Of a stretch of 64,000 nucleotides of DNA, positions 23,718 through 33,980 are shown one piece after another. Where the stretch lies: the NCBI GenBank assembly GCA_963851265.1, contig CAWKNZ010000002.1:1312001-1376000 (forward strand). Direction: 5' to 3'. Every line of letters begins with the position of its first letter. Within the stretch, counting starts at the first letter, position 1. The notes under the pieces were generated by a model. That model was not told the origin of the DNA. It searched no databases and saw only the letters and a program-made list of their open reading frames with translations. The position numbers were made by a program, and so were the translations under genes. This DNA comes from an uncultured Gemmatimonadales bacterium. GTDB taxonomy: Bacteria; Gemmatimonadota; Gemmatimonadetes; Gemmatimonadales; Gemmatimonadaceae.

Positions 23718-24884
23718 GTGAATATTCACGAATATCAGGCGAAGGACGTGCTTCGCCGCTACGGCGTGCCGATCCCGCCCGGCGAGGTCGCGACCACTCC
23801 CGACGAAGCCGAGGCCATCGCGCGGCGCATCGCCAAGGCGGTCATGGTCAAGGCGCAGGTGCACGCGGGCGGACGCGGGAAGGCCGGCGGTGTGAAGTAC
23901 TGTCCCACGCCTGAGGCCGCGCGCGAGAAGGCGCAGGCGATCCTCGGAATGGACATCAAGGGGCTGACGGTCGAGAAGGTGCTCGTGACCGAAGCGGCCG
24001 ACATCGGGACCGAGGCGTACGTCGGCATCATCGTCGACCGCGCGTCCAAGAAGCCGGTGTTCATGGTGAGCGCCGCCGGCGGCATCGACATCGAGGAGGT
24101 CGCGGCGACGACGCCCGAAAAGATCAAGTACCACCCGGTCGACGCCGTCTTCGGGCTGCAGCCGTTCGAGGCGCAGCAGCTCGGATTCTTTCTGTACAGC
24201 GACGCGAAGCAGGCGCGCGCGGCTGCGAAGATCATGCAGGCGCTCTACCGCGCGTTCATCGAGAACGGGTGCTCGCTCGCCGAGATCAACCCCCTCGTGG
24301 TCACGCCCGCGGGCGAGGTGATCGCGGTCGACGCGAAGATGGTGATCGACGACAACGAGCTGGAGCGGCGGAGCGATCTCGAAGCGTTGCGCGACGAGAG
24401 CTCGGAGGCGCCGAGCGAGGTCGCCGCGCGGAAGGCGAACCTCACCTTCATCAAGCTCGACGGCAACGTCGGCTGCGTCGTCAACGGCGCCGGACTCGCG
24501 ATGGCGACGATGGACCTGGTGAAGTATTACGGCGGCGAGCCGGCGAACTTCCTCGACATCGGCGGCTCGTCCAACCCGGAGAAGGTCGTCAACGCGCTCC
24601 GCATCATCACGGCCGACGAGAACGTGAAGGCCATCCTGTTCAACATCTTCGGCGGCATCACCCGCACCGACGACGTCGCGAACGGCATCGTGACCGCGAC
24701 CAAGCAGAACCCCCTCAAGGTGCCGATCGTGATCCGCCTCACCGGCACGAACGACGCGATCGCGATCAAGATCCTCGAGGCGAACGGCTTCGCCGCGATG
24801 ACCGACATGGATACGGCCGTGCAGAAGGCCGTGGAGCTCGCGACCGGAACCGCGTCGAATACGGCGGCGGGGGCGGCCCAGTGA
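23718..24884 (+). CDS. sucC: Succinyl-CoA synthetase beta subunit
   Basis: [45 protein letters not shown]. Confidence 0.97.
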   Translation: MNIHEYQAKDVLRRYGVPIPPGEVATTPDEAEAIARRIAKAVMVKAQVHAGGRGKAGGVKYCPTPEAAREKAQAILGMDIKGLTVEKVLVTEAADIGTEAYVGIIVDRASKKPVFMVSAAGGIDIEEVAATTPEKIKYHPVDAVFGLQPFEAQQLGFFLYSDAKQARAAAKIMQALYRAFIENGCSLAEINPLVVTPAGEVIAVDAKMVIDDNELERRSDLEALRDESSEAPSEVAARKANLTFIKLDGNVGCVVNGAGLAMATMDLVKYYGGEPANFLDIGGSSNPEKVVNALRIITADENVKAILFNIFGGITRTDDVANGIVTATKQNPLKVPIVIRLTGTNDAIAIKILEANGFAAMTDMDTAVQKAVELATGTASNTAAGAAQ

Positions 24885-25753
24885 GCGTCTTCGTCGATCG
24901 GAACACGCGCCTCGTCATCCAGGGCATCACGGGCCGTGACGGCTCGTTCCACGCCCGCCAGATGATCGAGTACGGCACGAACGTCGTGGCCGGCGTGACG
25001 CCCGGAAAGGGCGGACAGCGGTTCGAGAACAAGGTCCCGGTCTTCAACACGGTCGAGGACGCCGTACGCGAGACGGGCGCGAACACCAGCGTGATCTACG
25101 TGCCGCCGCCGTTCGCCGCGGATGCGATGATGGAGGCGGCCTCCGCCGGTGTGAAGCTCGTCGTCTGCATCACCGAGGGCGTGCCGGTCGTCGACATGCT
25201 GCGCGTGCGGCCGTACGTGATCGCGCAGGGCGCGCGTTTGGTGGGACCGAACTGCCCGGGGCTGATCACGCCGGGCGAGGCGAAGGTCGGCATCATCCCG
25301 GGCAACATCTGCACGCCCGGTAACGTGGGCGTGGTGAGCCGATCCGGCACGCTCACCTACGAGGTCGTGTACCACCTCACGCGCGCCGGGCTCGGCCAGA
25401 GCACGTGCGTCGGCATCGGCGGCGACCCGATCAACGGGACCGGATTCATCGACGCCCTGCAGGCGTTCGAGAACGATCCCGCCACCAAGGTCGTCGCGAT
25501 GATGGGCGAGATCGGCGGTACGGACGAGCAGGACGCGGCCACCTTCATCGCGGAGCACATGCGGAAGCCGGTCGTCGGGTTCATCGCGGGGCAGACCGCG
25601 CCGCCGGGCCGCCGGATGGGGCACGCCGGCGCGATCATCTCGGGGTCTTCGGGCACCGCGGCGGAGAAGATCGAGGCGTTCACGGCCGCGGGCATGGGCG
25701 TCGCGCGGCGGCCGATCGACTTCGTCGACCTCGTACGCGAGCGGATGGCCTAA
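24881..25753 (+). CDS. sucD: Succinyl-CoA synthetase alpha subunit
   Basis: [29 protein letters not shown] (phospho-His). Confidence 0.97.
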   Translation: MSVFVDRNTRLVIQGITGRDGSFHARQMIEYGTNVVAGVTPGKGGQRFENKVPVFNTVEDAVRETGANTSVIYVPPPFAADAMMEAASAGVKLVVCITEGVPVVDMLRVRPYVIAQGARLVGPNCPGLITPGEAKVGIIPGNICTPGNVGVVSRSGTLTYEVVYHLTRAGLGQSTCVGIGGDPINGTGFIDALQAFENDPATKVVAMMGEIGGTDEQDAATFIAEHMRKPVVGFIAGQTAPPGRRMGHAGAIISGSSGTAAEKIEAFTAAGMGVARRPIDFVDLVRERMA

Positions 25754-25758
25754 CGCGT

Positions 25759-25799
25759 CGGCGGCGGGCGCGCGGGGCTGCCCCGCGCGCCCGCCGCCG
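25759..25799. repeat. Perfect 19-bp all-GC inverted repeat between sucD and the EIIA-CBS gene
   Basis: CGGCGGCGGGCGCGCGGGG-CTG-CCCCGCGCGCCCGCCGCCG; no U-tract. Confidence 0.85.
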
Positions 25800-25815
25800 C
25801 GTCCGGCCCCGACCG

Positions 25816-26706
25816 ATGCAGCTCAGCGATTACGTCAGGGCCGACCGCGTCGTGCTGCCCCTCGCGGGCGCGACGCTCGACGAGGCGGGGCGCGTGCTCC
25901 TGCAGCGCCTCGTCGACACGGGCGCGGTCGCGCACCCGGAGCGGCTCTGGGCCCGCGTGGATGAGCGGCGCCCCGAAGACCTCGTCGCGATGAGCGATCA
26001 CGCGTTCCTGCTGCATTATCGGAGCGATGCGGTGCAGGACTTGAGCGTCGCGATCGGCACGTCGCGCGCGCCGGTGTCGCGCGAGCTCGGCGACAGCGAG
26101 GAGCGGCAGGAGGCGCGCATCGTCCTGCTCGTCGCGGCGCCGCCGAAGCAGGCCGGCCGTTACCTGCAGGTCGTCGGCGCGTTCGCGCGGCTGCTCTCGC
26201 GCGACGACGTCATCGACGCCGTGCTCCGCGCGCCCGACGCGGCCGCCGTGGCGAACCTCGGCGCGTTCAGAGACGTCTCGCTCCGCGACCAGCTGACCGT
26301 GCGCGACCTGATGACCGAACGTCCGCGCTCGGTCGCGCCCGAGATGCCGCTGCGGGACGCGGCGCTCGCGATGACGCGTGCGGGCGTGGCGGGGCTCCCG
26401 GTGGTCGAGAGCGACGGCCGCGTGATCGGGATGCTCGGCCAGCGAGAGCTGCTCCAGCACCTCCTGACCGAATACCTTGACCGCGCCGGCGCGCACCGCA
26501 CCGTCGCACCAGGCGACCAGCGGTCGCGCGCGGTGCGCGACGTGATGACGCGCCAGGTACTCTGCGTGTCGCCCGACCAGCCGCTCGCGGAGGTCGCGGC
26601 GATGATGACCAACAAAGACGTCGATCGGGTGCCGGTCGTGCGCGAGGGGAGGCTGGTGGGCTTCCTCACGCGAGGCGACATCGTGCGCAAGCTGATCGGC
26701 TCATAA
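25816..26706 (+). CDS. PTS EIIA type-2 (Ntr/Fru-like) domain fused to a tandem CBS pair
   Basis: N-terminal half resembles EIIA (AFLLHYRSDAV aligns with IAIPHAR; IVLLVAAP...YLQVVGAFARLL); C-terminal VRDLMT...LPVVESDGRVIGML and VRDVMT...VPVVREGRLVGFLTRGDI. Confidence 0.75.
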   Translation: MQLSDYVRADRVVLPLAGATLDEAGRVLLQRLVDTGAVAHPERLWARVDERRPEDLVAMSDHAFLLHYRSDAVQDLSVAIGTSRAPVSRELGDSEERQEARIVLLVAAPPKQAGRYLQVVGAFARLLSRDDVIDAVLRAPDAAAVANLGAFRDVSLRDQLTVRDLMTERPRSVAPEMPLRDAALAMTRAGVAGLPVVESDGRVIGMLGQRELLQHLLTEYLDRAGAHRTVAPGDQRSRAVRDVMTRQVLCVSPDQPLAEVAAMMTNKDVDRVPVVREGRLVGFLTRGDIVRKLIGS

Positions 26707-26718
26707 CAGACGACTGCC

Positions 26719-27144
26719 ATGTCCAACCGCACGCTCGCCATCATCAAGCCCGACGCGTTCAACGCCGCGAAGGCCGGGAAGGTCCTCGCCCTGCTCGAGG
26801 AGAAAGGGTTCGTCCTGCGCGCGGCGCGCGTGCTGCAACTCACGGCGGCACAGGCGGGTGAGTTCTACGCCGTGCACAAGGGCCGCGGCTTCTACGACGA
26901 GCTCGTCGCCTTCATGACGTCGGCGCCGTGCATGCCGATCGTGCTGGAACGGGACGGCGCCGTGCTCGCGCTGCGCGACGCGATCGGCGCGACGGACCCG
27001 GCGGATGCCGCCGAGGGGACCGTTCGCAAGCTGTACGCGGAGAGCAAGGGGCGGAACGCGATCCACGCGTCGGATTCGGACGAGAACGCGGCGCGCGAGA
27101 TCGGGTTCTTCTTCGCCGAATCGGATCTCGCCGGCGCCGCGTGA
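26719..27144 (+). CDS. ndk: Nucleoside diphosphate kinase
   Basis: RTLAIIKPDA, FYAVHKGRGFY, IGATDP, NAIHASDS. Confidence 0.97.
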   Translation: MSNRTLAIIKPDAFNAAKAGKVLALLEEKGFVLRAARVLQLTAAQAGEFYAVHKGRGFYDELVAFMTSAPCMPIVLERDGAVLALRDAIGATDPADAAEGTVRKLYAESKGRNAIHASDSDENAAREIGFFFAESDLAGAA

Positions 27145-27185
27145 CACGCGAGTCCGAGTCGCGTAAGTCACACTCGGGCTTGCAC

Positions 27186-27214
27186 TTGAAAACATCGTCA
27201 GGGCGCTCTAGGTT
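27186..27214 (+). promoter_or_regulatory. Sigma70-type promoter of the yceD-rpmF-plsX-fab operon
   Basis: TTGAAA (27186-27191), 17-nt spacer, TAGGTT (27209-27214); the ATG follows 8 nt later. Confidence 0.7.
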
Positions 27215-27222
27215 GAGTGACT

Positions 27223-27741
27223 ATGCTGTCCTTCGACCTTCGTGCCCTGGAGGTTCGGGCCGCCGTGGTCGACGGCGTGCTCGAGCCGTCGGATTCCATT
27301 TGGGATGCTGACGATCCGCGCCCGCTCGAGCCGCTCCGAGTGACCGGTCGGCTGTCGAGCGCGGGCGCCGGGCACTTCTACTTCCGCGGGACCGTGCAGG
27401 GTGTCGCGGGCGGCGAGTGCCGCCGGTGTCTCACCGACGTCACGACGCCGGTCGCGCTCGACACGCACCTCGTGTTCGTCGCATCGGACGAGGAAGGGGC
27501 GGACGAGGAGTCGGACGCCTACCTGTTCGACCCGGCCGACGGCGAGCTCGACCTACGGGCGGCGCTGCGGGAGGAGTGGTTGCTCCACGCGCCCGCGTTC
27601 CCGCTCTGCCGCGAGGATTGCCGCGGGCTGTGTCCCTCGTGCGGCGCGGACCGCAACCTCGCAGCCGACGCTGGGGGGTGCGGGTGTCAGCCGGCGGCCG
27701 ATCCGCGATGGGCCGCGCTCCGCACGGCGGCCGGCGAGTAG
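27223..27741 (+). CDS. yceD: YceD/DUF177 family protein
   Basis: ECRRCL and LCREDCRGLCPSCG...DPRWAAL; conserved position before rpmF (GTG at 27217 is an alternative start). Confidence 0.9.
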   Translation: MLSFDLRALEVRAAVVDGVLEPSDSIWDADDPRPLEPLRVTGRLSSAGAGHFYFRGTVQGVAGGECRRCLTDVTTPVALDTHLVFVASDEEGADEESDAYLFDPADGELDLRAALREEWLLHAPAFPLCREDCRGLCPSCGADRNLAADAGGCGCQPAADPRWAALRTAAGE

Positions 27742-27814
27742 CCGATCCGTCCGACTGAACTGCTGGTCCCGGGCCGGTCCGCGACCTGCCTTCACCAATA
27801 TCACCGACCGACCC

Positions 27815-28000
27815 ATGGCCGTCCCGAAGCGCCGTACCTCGAAGCGTAAGAAGCGTGCGCGCAACACGCACAAGACTGCGCCCGCCATTGCCATCCAGGC
27901 GTGCCCGCAGTGCCGCAGCATGAAGCGCCCGCACCGCGTGTGTGGCGAGTGCGGCTACTACGACGGCGAGCTCCGGATCGAGACGCAGCAGGACGCCTGA
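27815..28000 (+). CDS. rpmF: 50S ribosomal protein L32 (zinc-ribbon form)
   Basis: MAVPKRRTSKRKKRAR...CPQC...PHRVCGECGYY. Confidence 0.97.
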   Translation: MAVPKRRTSKRKKRARNTHKTAPAIAIQACPQCRSMKRPHRVCGECGYYDGELRIETQQDA

Positions 28001-28001
28001 G

Positions 28002-29033
28002 TTGGCGCGCGTCGCGGTGGACGCGATGGGGGGCGACTTCGCTCCCCGCGCCCCGGTCGCGGGCGCACTGCTTGCCCTGGCCGAGCTGTCGGCCGACCAC
28101 ACGATCCAACTCGTGGGGCAGACGGAGGTCGTCCGCTCGGCGCTCGACGAATTGCTCGCCGGCGAGTACGCGCGGCTCGCGGCGCATCGCGCGCGCGTGA
28201 GCATCGTAGAGGCGCCCGATGTGGTCACGATGTCGGACAAGCCGACGTCAGTGATCCGCGGGAAGCGCGAAAGCAGCATGGTCGTCGGACTGCGCCGCCA
28301 GGCCGAGGGCCACGCAGACGCATTCGTGTCGGCGGGCAACACGGGTGCGCAGATGGCCGCGTCGTGGTTCATCCTCAAGCTGCACGAGGGCGTGACGCGC
28401 CCGGCGATCGGCACGATCCTGCCGACGACGAACAAACCGCTCGTGATGCTCGACTCCGGCGCGAACGTCGACTGCTCGGCCGAAGAACTGGTCCAGTTCG
28501 CTCGGCTCGGCGCCGTGTACGCCGAGGACGTGCTCGGCCGCCCGGAGCCGACGGTCGGCCTGCTTTCGATCGGCGAGGAGCCGGAGAAGGGCAACGCCGT
28601 CGTGATCGAGGCGCACCAGGCCCTGCGCGCGACGTCGGAGTTCACGTTCCTGGGGAACGTCGAGGGGCGCGACATCCCGACGGGCACCTGCGACCGCGGC
28701 CAAATCGACGTCGTCGTGTGTGACGGCTTCGTCGGCAACGTCGTGCTCAAGTTCTACGAGGCGCTCGCGCCGACGCTCATGGGCGTCTTCGCGCGGGCGT
28801 TAGGCGCGGAGCGAGAGACGCTGGCGCAGGCGTTCAAGCAGCTGGACTACTCGGAGTACGGCGGCGCGCCGCTGCTCGGTGTCAAGGGCGTGAGCATCAT
28901 CTCGCACGGCAAGAGTTCGCCGCGCGCGATCATGAACGCGGTCAAGGTCGCCGTGCAGATGGTCGACGCGCACATGAGCGAGCACGTCGGCAAGCGCCTG
29001 GCCGAGGCCACCGCGGTCCGCGAGCCGACGTAG
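28002..29033 (+). CDS. plsX: Phosphate acyltransferase
   Basis: TTG start; VAVDAMGGDFAP, SAGNTGA, LDSGANVD, DGFVGNVVLK, GGAPLLG, SHGKS. Confidence 0.96.
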   Translation: MARVAVDAMGGDFAPRAPVAGALLALAELSADHTIQLVGQTEVVRSALDELLAGEYARLAAHRARVSIVEAPDVVTMSDKPTSVIRGKRESSMVVGLRRQAEGHADAFVSAGNTGAQMAASWFILKLHEGVTRPAIGTILPTTNKPLVMLDSGANVDCSAEELVQFARLGAVYAEDVLGRPEPTVGLLSIGEEPEKGNAVVIEAHQALRATSEFTFLGNVEGRDIPTGTCDRGQIDVVVCDGFVGNVVLKFYEALAPTLMGVFARALGAERETLAQAFKQLDYSEYGGAPLLGVKGVSIISHGKSSPRAIMNAVKVAVQMVDAHMSEHVGKRLAEATAVREPT

Positions 29034-29117
29034 CGCGCGCCCCGCCCGCTCGACCTCGGGGGCGCGCCGGCCGACGCCGCGCGCCCCCGCCCTTCTTCCC
29101 CTCGCCCGTCCGCCTCA

Positions 29118-30131
29118 GTGAAGCGCCCCATCGCGTACATCGCCGGCACCGGCCGCGGCGTGCCCGCTTCCGTGATGACGAATCACGACTTCGCGGCGCG
29201 CGGCATCGAGACCACCCACGAGTGGGTCGTCGAGCGCACCGGGATCCACGAACGCCGTATCGCCGGGGACGACATCACGACGGCGGCGATGGCCGCCGAC
29301 GCGGGGCGCGCGGCGATGGCAAAGGCCGGCGTGCAGGCGGGCGAACTCGACGCGATCGTGCTGAGCACCGCGACGCCGGACCGGCTGCTGCCGTCGACCG
29401 CCGTGGACGTGCAGGCCGCGCTCGGCGCCACGCGGGCGGCCGCGTTCGACATCTCGGCGGCCTGCTCCGGGTGGCTCTACGGTCTCACGGTCGCCGAGGG
29501 GATGATCGCGACCGGCGCCGCCGAGACCGTGCTGGTGATCGGCGCCGAGAAGATGAGCGCGATCATCGACTGGACCGACCGCGCGACCTGCGTGCTGTTC
29601 GGCGACGGGGCCGGCGCCGTGGTGCTCAAGCGGCACAAGCCGAGCGTCGGCGCGGGCCTGCGGTCGCCGCGCGGGATCCTGTCGTCGTTCATGCGCTCCG
29701 ACGGCACGCTGGCGGAGCTGTTGTGGCGCCCGGGCGGTGGCGCGCGCGTGCCGTTCACCGACGCCGTCCTCTCGGAGCGCTCGCACTACGTCCGGATGGC
29801 GGGGCGCGAAGTGTTCAAACACGCGGTGCGCTCCATGAGCGAGGCGGCCGACCGCGCGCTCGACGCCGCCCGCCTCACGGGGAGCGACATCGACCTCATG
29901 ATCCCGCACCAGGCGAACGTGCGCATCATCGAGGCGACGGCGAAGCACGCGAACGTCTCGATGGACAAGGTCTACGTCAACGTGCACCGGTACGGAAACA
30001 CGTCCTCGGCGTCCATCGGCATCGCGCTCGACGAGGCGATCGAGTGCGGGCGCGTGCGCGAGGGCTCGACGGTGCTGCTCGTCGCGTTCGGCGCCGGCCT
30101 AACGTGGGCGTCGATGGTCGTCCGCTTCTGA
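29118..30131 (+). CDS. fabH: Beta-ketoacyl-ACP synthase III
   Basis: Catalytic AACSG, PHQAN, GNTSSAS; FGDGAGA. Confidence 0.96.
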   Translation: MKRPIAYIAGTGRGVPASVMTNHDFAARGIETTHEWVVERTGIHERRIAGDDITTAAMAADAGRAAMAKAGVQAGELDAIVLSTATPDRLLPSTAVDVQAALGATRAAAFDISAACSGWLYGLTVAEGMIATGAAETVLVIGAEKMSAIIDWTDRATCVLFGDGAGAVVLKRHKPSVGAGLRSPRGILSSFMRSDGTLAELLWRPGGGARVPFTDAVLSERSHYVRMAGREVFKHAVRSMSEAADRALDAARLTGSDIDLMIPHQANVRIIEATAKHANVSMDKVYVNVHRYGNTSSASIGIALDEAIECGRVREGSTVLLVAFGAGLTWASMVVRF

Positions 30132-31084
30132 TGAGCGCTCCCCAGCCGATCGTCCTCCTCTTTCCGGGGCAAGGGTCGCAAACGCCGGGGATGGCCGCGG
30201 ACCTCGCCGCCGCGTACCCCGCGGCGCGCGCGGCACTCGACGAGGTCGACACCGCGCTCGGCGTATCGCTCAGCCGATTGATGGCCGACGGCCCAGCCGA
30301 CGAGCTCACGCGCACCGACAACGCGCAGCCGGCGCTTCTCGCGCACGGCGCCGCGCTGTGGGCCGTGCTGCGCGAACGCCTGGCACCGCGCGTCGTTGCG
30401 GCCGCCGGGCACTCGCTCGGCGAGTTCACGGCGTACCACGCGGCCGGCGCCCTCACCCTGCCGGCGGCGGCGCGCCTCGTGCGGCGCCGCGGCGAGTTGA
30501 TGTTCGCCAGCGGCTCCGAACGCCCCGGCGCGATGGCGGCGCTGCTGGGCGAGCCGAGCGACCCGATCGAGGCGATCTGCGACGCCGCGACACGCGACGC
30601 CGGGATCGTCGTACCGGCGAACTACAACTGTCCGGGTCAACTCGTGATTTCGGGCGAGGTCGAGGGCGTCGAGCTCGCGATGTCGCTCGCGAAGGCGGCC
30701 GGCGTCAAGCGCGCGATGCGCCTGCCGGTGAGCGGCGCGTTCCACTCGCCGCTGATGCGCGACGCGCAGCCGGGACTCGACGCCGCGCTCGCGGAAGCGG
30801 AGCTCGGCGACCCGGCATTTCCCGTGTATGCGAACGTGACCGCGGAGCCCGTCCGTGCGGCCGACGACGCGCGTACGCTTCTCGCCCGGCAGCTGACCGC
30901 GCCGGTGCGCTGGACTGACACGGTGCGCGCGCTGGCCGACGCGTACCCGGACGCGCTGTACATCGAGCTCGGCCCCGGGACGGTGCTCGCGGGGCTCGTT
31001 CGTAAAACGGCGCCCGCGCTCCGGGTCGTCTCGTGCGGAACGGCGGCCCAGGTGGGCGCGCTGGTCGCGGACGTCGCTGCTTAG
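30131..31084 (+). CDS. fabD: Malonyl-CoA:ACP transacylase
   Basis: FPGQGSQ, GHSLGE, VSGAFHSPLM. Confidence 0.96.
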   Translation: MSAPQPIVLLFPGQGSQTPGMAADLAAAYPAARAALDEVDTALGVSLSRLMADGPADELTRTDNAQPALLAHGAALWAVLRERLAPRVVAAAGHSLGEFTAYHAAGALTLPAAARLVRRRGELMFASGSERPGAMAALLGEPSDPIEAICDAATRDAGIVVPANYNCPGQLVISGEVEGVELAMSLAKAAGVKRAMRLPVSGAFHSPLMRDAQPGLDAALAEAELGDPAFPVYANVTAEPVRAADDARTLLARQLTAPVRWTDTVRALADAYPDALYIELGPGTVLAGLVRKTAPALRVVSCGTAAQVGALVADVAA

Positions 31085-31105
31085 CAGCCTTTTTCTTCCC
31101 ACGCC

Positions 31106-31855
31106 ATGCAGATCGACCTGAGCGGGCGCGTCGCGCTCGTCACCGGCAGTACTCGCGGGATCGGGCGCGCGATCGCTGCCGCGCTGCTCGACTGCGGTGC
31201 GCGCGTCGCCGTCGTCGGCCGCGATGCGGAACGCGCTGCGGCGGTCGCGGCCGAGCTCGGCGCAGGCGCGCCCGAACGCGCGCTCGGTTTCGGCGCGGAG
31301 CTTTCGGACGCGGCCTCTGCGGCGGCGCTCGTCGCCGACGTGGAGCGCGCGTTCGGTTCGTGCGACATCCTCGTGAACAACGCGGGGCTGACGCGCGACA
31401 ACCTGCTCATCCGCATCAAGGATGAGGACTGGGACGCGGTGCTCGACACGAACCTGCGCGCCGCGTTCGCGACCACGCGCGCGGCCGCCCGCGGGATGAT
31501 GAAGCGCCGCTGGGGGCGCGTCATCAATCTGGCGAGCGTCGTGGGGCTCACGGGCAATGCGGGGCAGGCGAACTACGCCGCGAGCAAGGCCGGGCTGATC
31601 GGGTTCACGAAGAGCGTCGCGAAGGAGCTCGCCTCGCGGAACGTGCTCGCGAACGTCGTCGCGCCGGGGTTCATCGAGACCGACATGACCGCCGCGATGC
31701 CCGCCGACGCGCGCGCCAAGATGGCCGGTGCGATCCCGGTCGAACGGTTCGGACGCCCTGAGGATGTCGCCGCGACCGTCGCGTTCCTCGCGTCTGATCT
31801 TGCCGCCTACGTCACGGGTCAGGTGCTCGTCGTCGACGGCGGGCTCGTGATGTGA
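31106..31855 (+). CDS. fabG: 3-oxoacyl-ACP reductase
   Basis: TGSTRGIG, NNAG, YAASK, PGFIETDMT. Confidence 0.96.
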   Translation: MQIDLSGRVALVTGSTRGIGRAIAAALLDCGARVAVVGRDAERAAAVAAELGAGAPERALGFGAELSDAASAAALVADVERAFGSCDILVNNAGLTRDNLLIRIKDEDWDAVLDTNLRAAFATTRAAARGMMKRRWGRVINLASVVGLTGNAGQANYAASKAGLIGFTKSVAKELASRNVLANVVAPGFIETDMTAAMPADARAKMAGAIPVERFGRPEDVAATVAFLASDLAAYVTGQVLVVDGGLVM

Positions 31856-31965
31856 CGCCCGACGCTCGGCGCGGCGCCGTTCCACCCCGGGGCCGCGATC
31901 AGTAGTTTACCGCGCCGTTTCGCCCCACCGTTCTCGCTCAGCACACACACACACCCGCCCCGACC

Positions 31966-32205
31966 ATGGCCGACCATTCCGCGAAAGTCCGCGACATCAT
32001 CGAGCGCGAGCTCGGCGTCGAGCGCGAAAAGCTCACCGACTCTGCGAGTTTCATTGATGACCTCGGCGCGGACTCGCTCGACATCGTCGAACTGGTGATG
32101 GAGTTCGAGAAGGAGTTCAACATCGACATCGCCGACGAGGAGGCGGAGAAGCTCCGCACCGTGGGCGACGCGGTCGAGTACCTGAACGAGAAGGTCCCGG
32201 CGTGA
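31966..32205 (+). CDS. acpP: Acyl carrier protein
   Basis: [14 protein letters not shown] phosphopantetheine motif. Confidence 0.97.
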   Translation: MADHSAKVRDIIERELGVEREKLTDSASFIDDLGADSLDIVELVMEFEKEFNIDIADEEAEKLRTVGDAVEYLNEKVPA

Positions 32206-33464
32206 CGCGGCGCCGGGTCGTCGTCACCGGGCTCGGCGCGGTGACGCCCGTCGGGAACGACGTGGCGACGACCTGGCGCGCCCTGCTCGACGGGCGCTCG
32301 GGGGCGGCGCCGATCACGAAGTTCGACGCCAGCAACTTCGCGGTGCGTTTCGCCTGCGAGGTGAAGGGCTTCGACGCGGGCGCGTACATGGATCGCAAAG
32401 AGGCGAAGCGCGCCGACCTCTACACGCAGTACGCGCTCGCGGCGGCCGTGCAGGCGATGCAGGACGCCGGCTTCGCCGACGGGATCGGTCCCGGCACGGG
32501 CTACGTGCCGGAAGAAACGGGCGTGATCATCGGCAGCGGCGTGGGCGGCCTGCGCACCTTCGAGGATCAGCACACGATCTACATGGAGCAGGGGCCGCGC
32601 CGCATCTCCCCCTTCTTCGTGCCGATGTTCATCACCGACATCGCCGCCGGCATCGTGTCGATGCGCTTCAACTGCAAGGGGCCCAACTTCGCCACGGTGA
32701 GCGCGTGCTCCACAAGCGCGCACGCGATCGGTGAGGCGTTCCGCACCATTCAGTACGGCGACGCCCAGGTGATGCTCGCCGGCGGCTCCGAAGCGGCGGT
32801 GACGCCCATGGCGATTGGCGGCTTCGCGAGCATGGGGGCGCTGTCGACGCGCAACGACTCGCCAGAGACGGCTTCGCGCCCGTTCGATGCCACGCGCGAC
32901 GGATTCGTGCTCGGTGACGGCTCGGGAGTGGTCGTGCTGGAGGAGCTGGAGCACGCGCTGGCCCGCGGCGCGCGCATCTACGGCGAGGTCGCGGGATACG
33001 CGGCCACGGGCGACGCGTACCATCTGACGGGGCAGCCCGAAGCGCACGAAGGGCTGCAGCGCTCGATGCGACGCGCGATGGCCGACGCCGGCGTGAGCCC
33101 GGCCGACGTGGATTACATCAACGCGCACGGCACCTCCACCCCGCTCAACGATTCGAACGAGGCGCGCGCGATCTGCGCCGTCTTCGGCGAGCACACGGGC
33201 AACGTGGCCGTCAGCTCGACGAAGTCGGCGACCGGACACATGCTCGGTGCCGCCGGCGTCGTCGAGTTCATCGCGTGCACGAAGGCGATCGAGCACGGCG
33301 TGATACCGCCGACGATCAATCACACGGCGCGCGACCCGGAGATCGCGATCGAGGTCACGCCGAACGCGCCGCGCGAGCGCGTCGTCGACTTCGCGCTGAG
33401 CAACAGCTCCGGCTTCGGCGGCCACAACGCGACACTCGCGATCCGCCGGTACGAGCCCGGGTGA
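32202..33464 (+). CDS. fabF: Beta-ketoacyl-ACP synthase II
   Basis: [40 protein letters not shown]. Confidence 0.96.
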   Translation: MTRRRVVVTGLGAVTPVGNDVATTWRALLDGRSGAAPITKFDASNFAVRFACEVKGFDAGAYMDRKEAKRADLYTQYALAAAVQAMQDAGFADGIGPGTGYVPEETGVIIGSGVGGLRTFEDQHTIYMEQGPRRISPFFVPMFITDIAAGIVSMRFNCKGPNFATVSACSTSAHAIGEAFRTIQYGDAQVMLAGGSEAAVTPMAIGGFASMGALSTRNDSPETASRPFDATRDGFVLGDGSGVVVLEELEHALARGARIYGEVAGYAATGDAYHLTGQPEAHEGLQRSMRRAMADAGVSPADVDYINAHGTSTPLNDSNEARAICAVFGEHTGNVAVSSTKSATGHMLGAAGVVEFIACTKAIEHGVIPPTINHTARDPEIAIEVTPNAPRERVVDFALSNSSGFGGHNATLAIRRYEPG

Positions 33465-33955
33465 CCTTCTCCTCACCCGAGTTCCGGACGGGCGTCGGGT
33501 ACGACTCGCACCGGTTCGGGGACGGCGGGCCGATGCGGCTCGGCGGCGTCGATGTGCCCGGTGACGTGCACTGCGCCGGGCACTCGGACGGCGACGCGAT
33601 CTGCCACGCCCTCACCGACGCGATCCTCGGCGCGGCGGGACTCGGCGACATCGGCGAGCTCTATCCGGACTCCGACCCGGCCAATAAGGGGCGCGATTCC
33701 GTCGAGATGCTCGCCGCCGCGCTCGCGCTCGTCCGGCGCGACCGATTCCGGGTGGTGAGCGTGGACGCGACCGTGATTGCGGAACGGCCGAAGATCGGCC
33801 CGCACCGTGCGGCGATCCGCGCGCGCCTCGCCGCCGTACTCGGCGTCGACGCGCGCGCCGTCGGCATCAAGGGCAAGACCAACGAGGGGATGGGCTGGGT
33901 CGGGCGCGGCGAGGGGCTCGCCGTGATCGCCGTCGCCACGCTCGCGCGCGGCTAA
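33461..33955 (+). CDS. ispF: 2-C-methyl-D-erythritol 2,4-cyclodiphosphate synthase
   Basis: GYDSHRF, GHSDGD...HALTDAILGA, GDIG, GRGEG. Confidence 0.95.
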   Translation: MTFSSPEFRTGVGYDSHRFGDGGPMRLGGVDVPGDVHCAGHSDGDAICHALTDAILGAAGLGDIGELYPDSDPANKGRDSVEMLAAALALVRRDRFRVVSVDATVIAERPKIGPHRAAIRARLAAVLGVDARAVGIKGKTNEGMGWVGRGEGLAVIAVATLARG

Positions 33956-33980
33956 CGCGCGGCCGGCGCACGCGCGGGCG

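Noticed and set aside
27141..27180. Alternative hairpins after ndk as a riboswitch or terminator
   Set aside because: Stems are short (6-9 bp), there is no U-tract, and they lie upstream of the next promoter; not distinguishable from chance.
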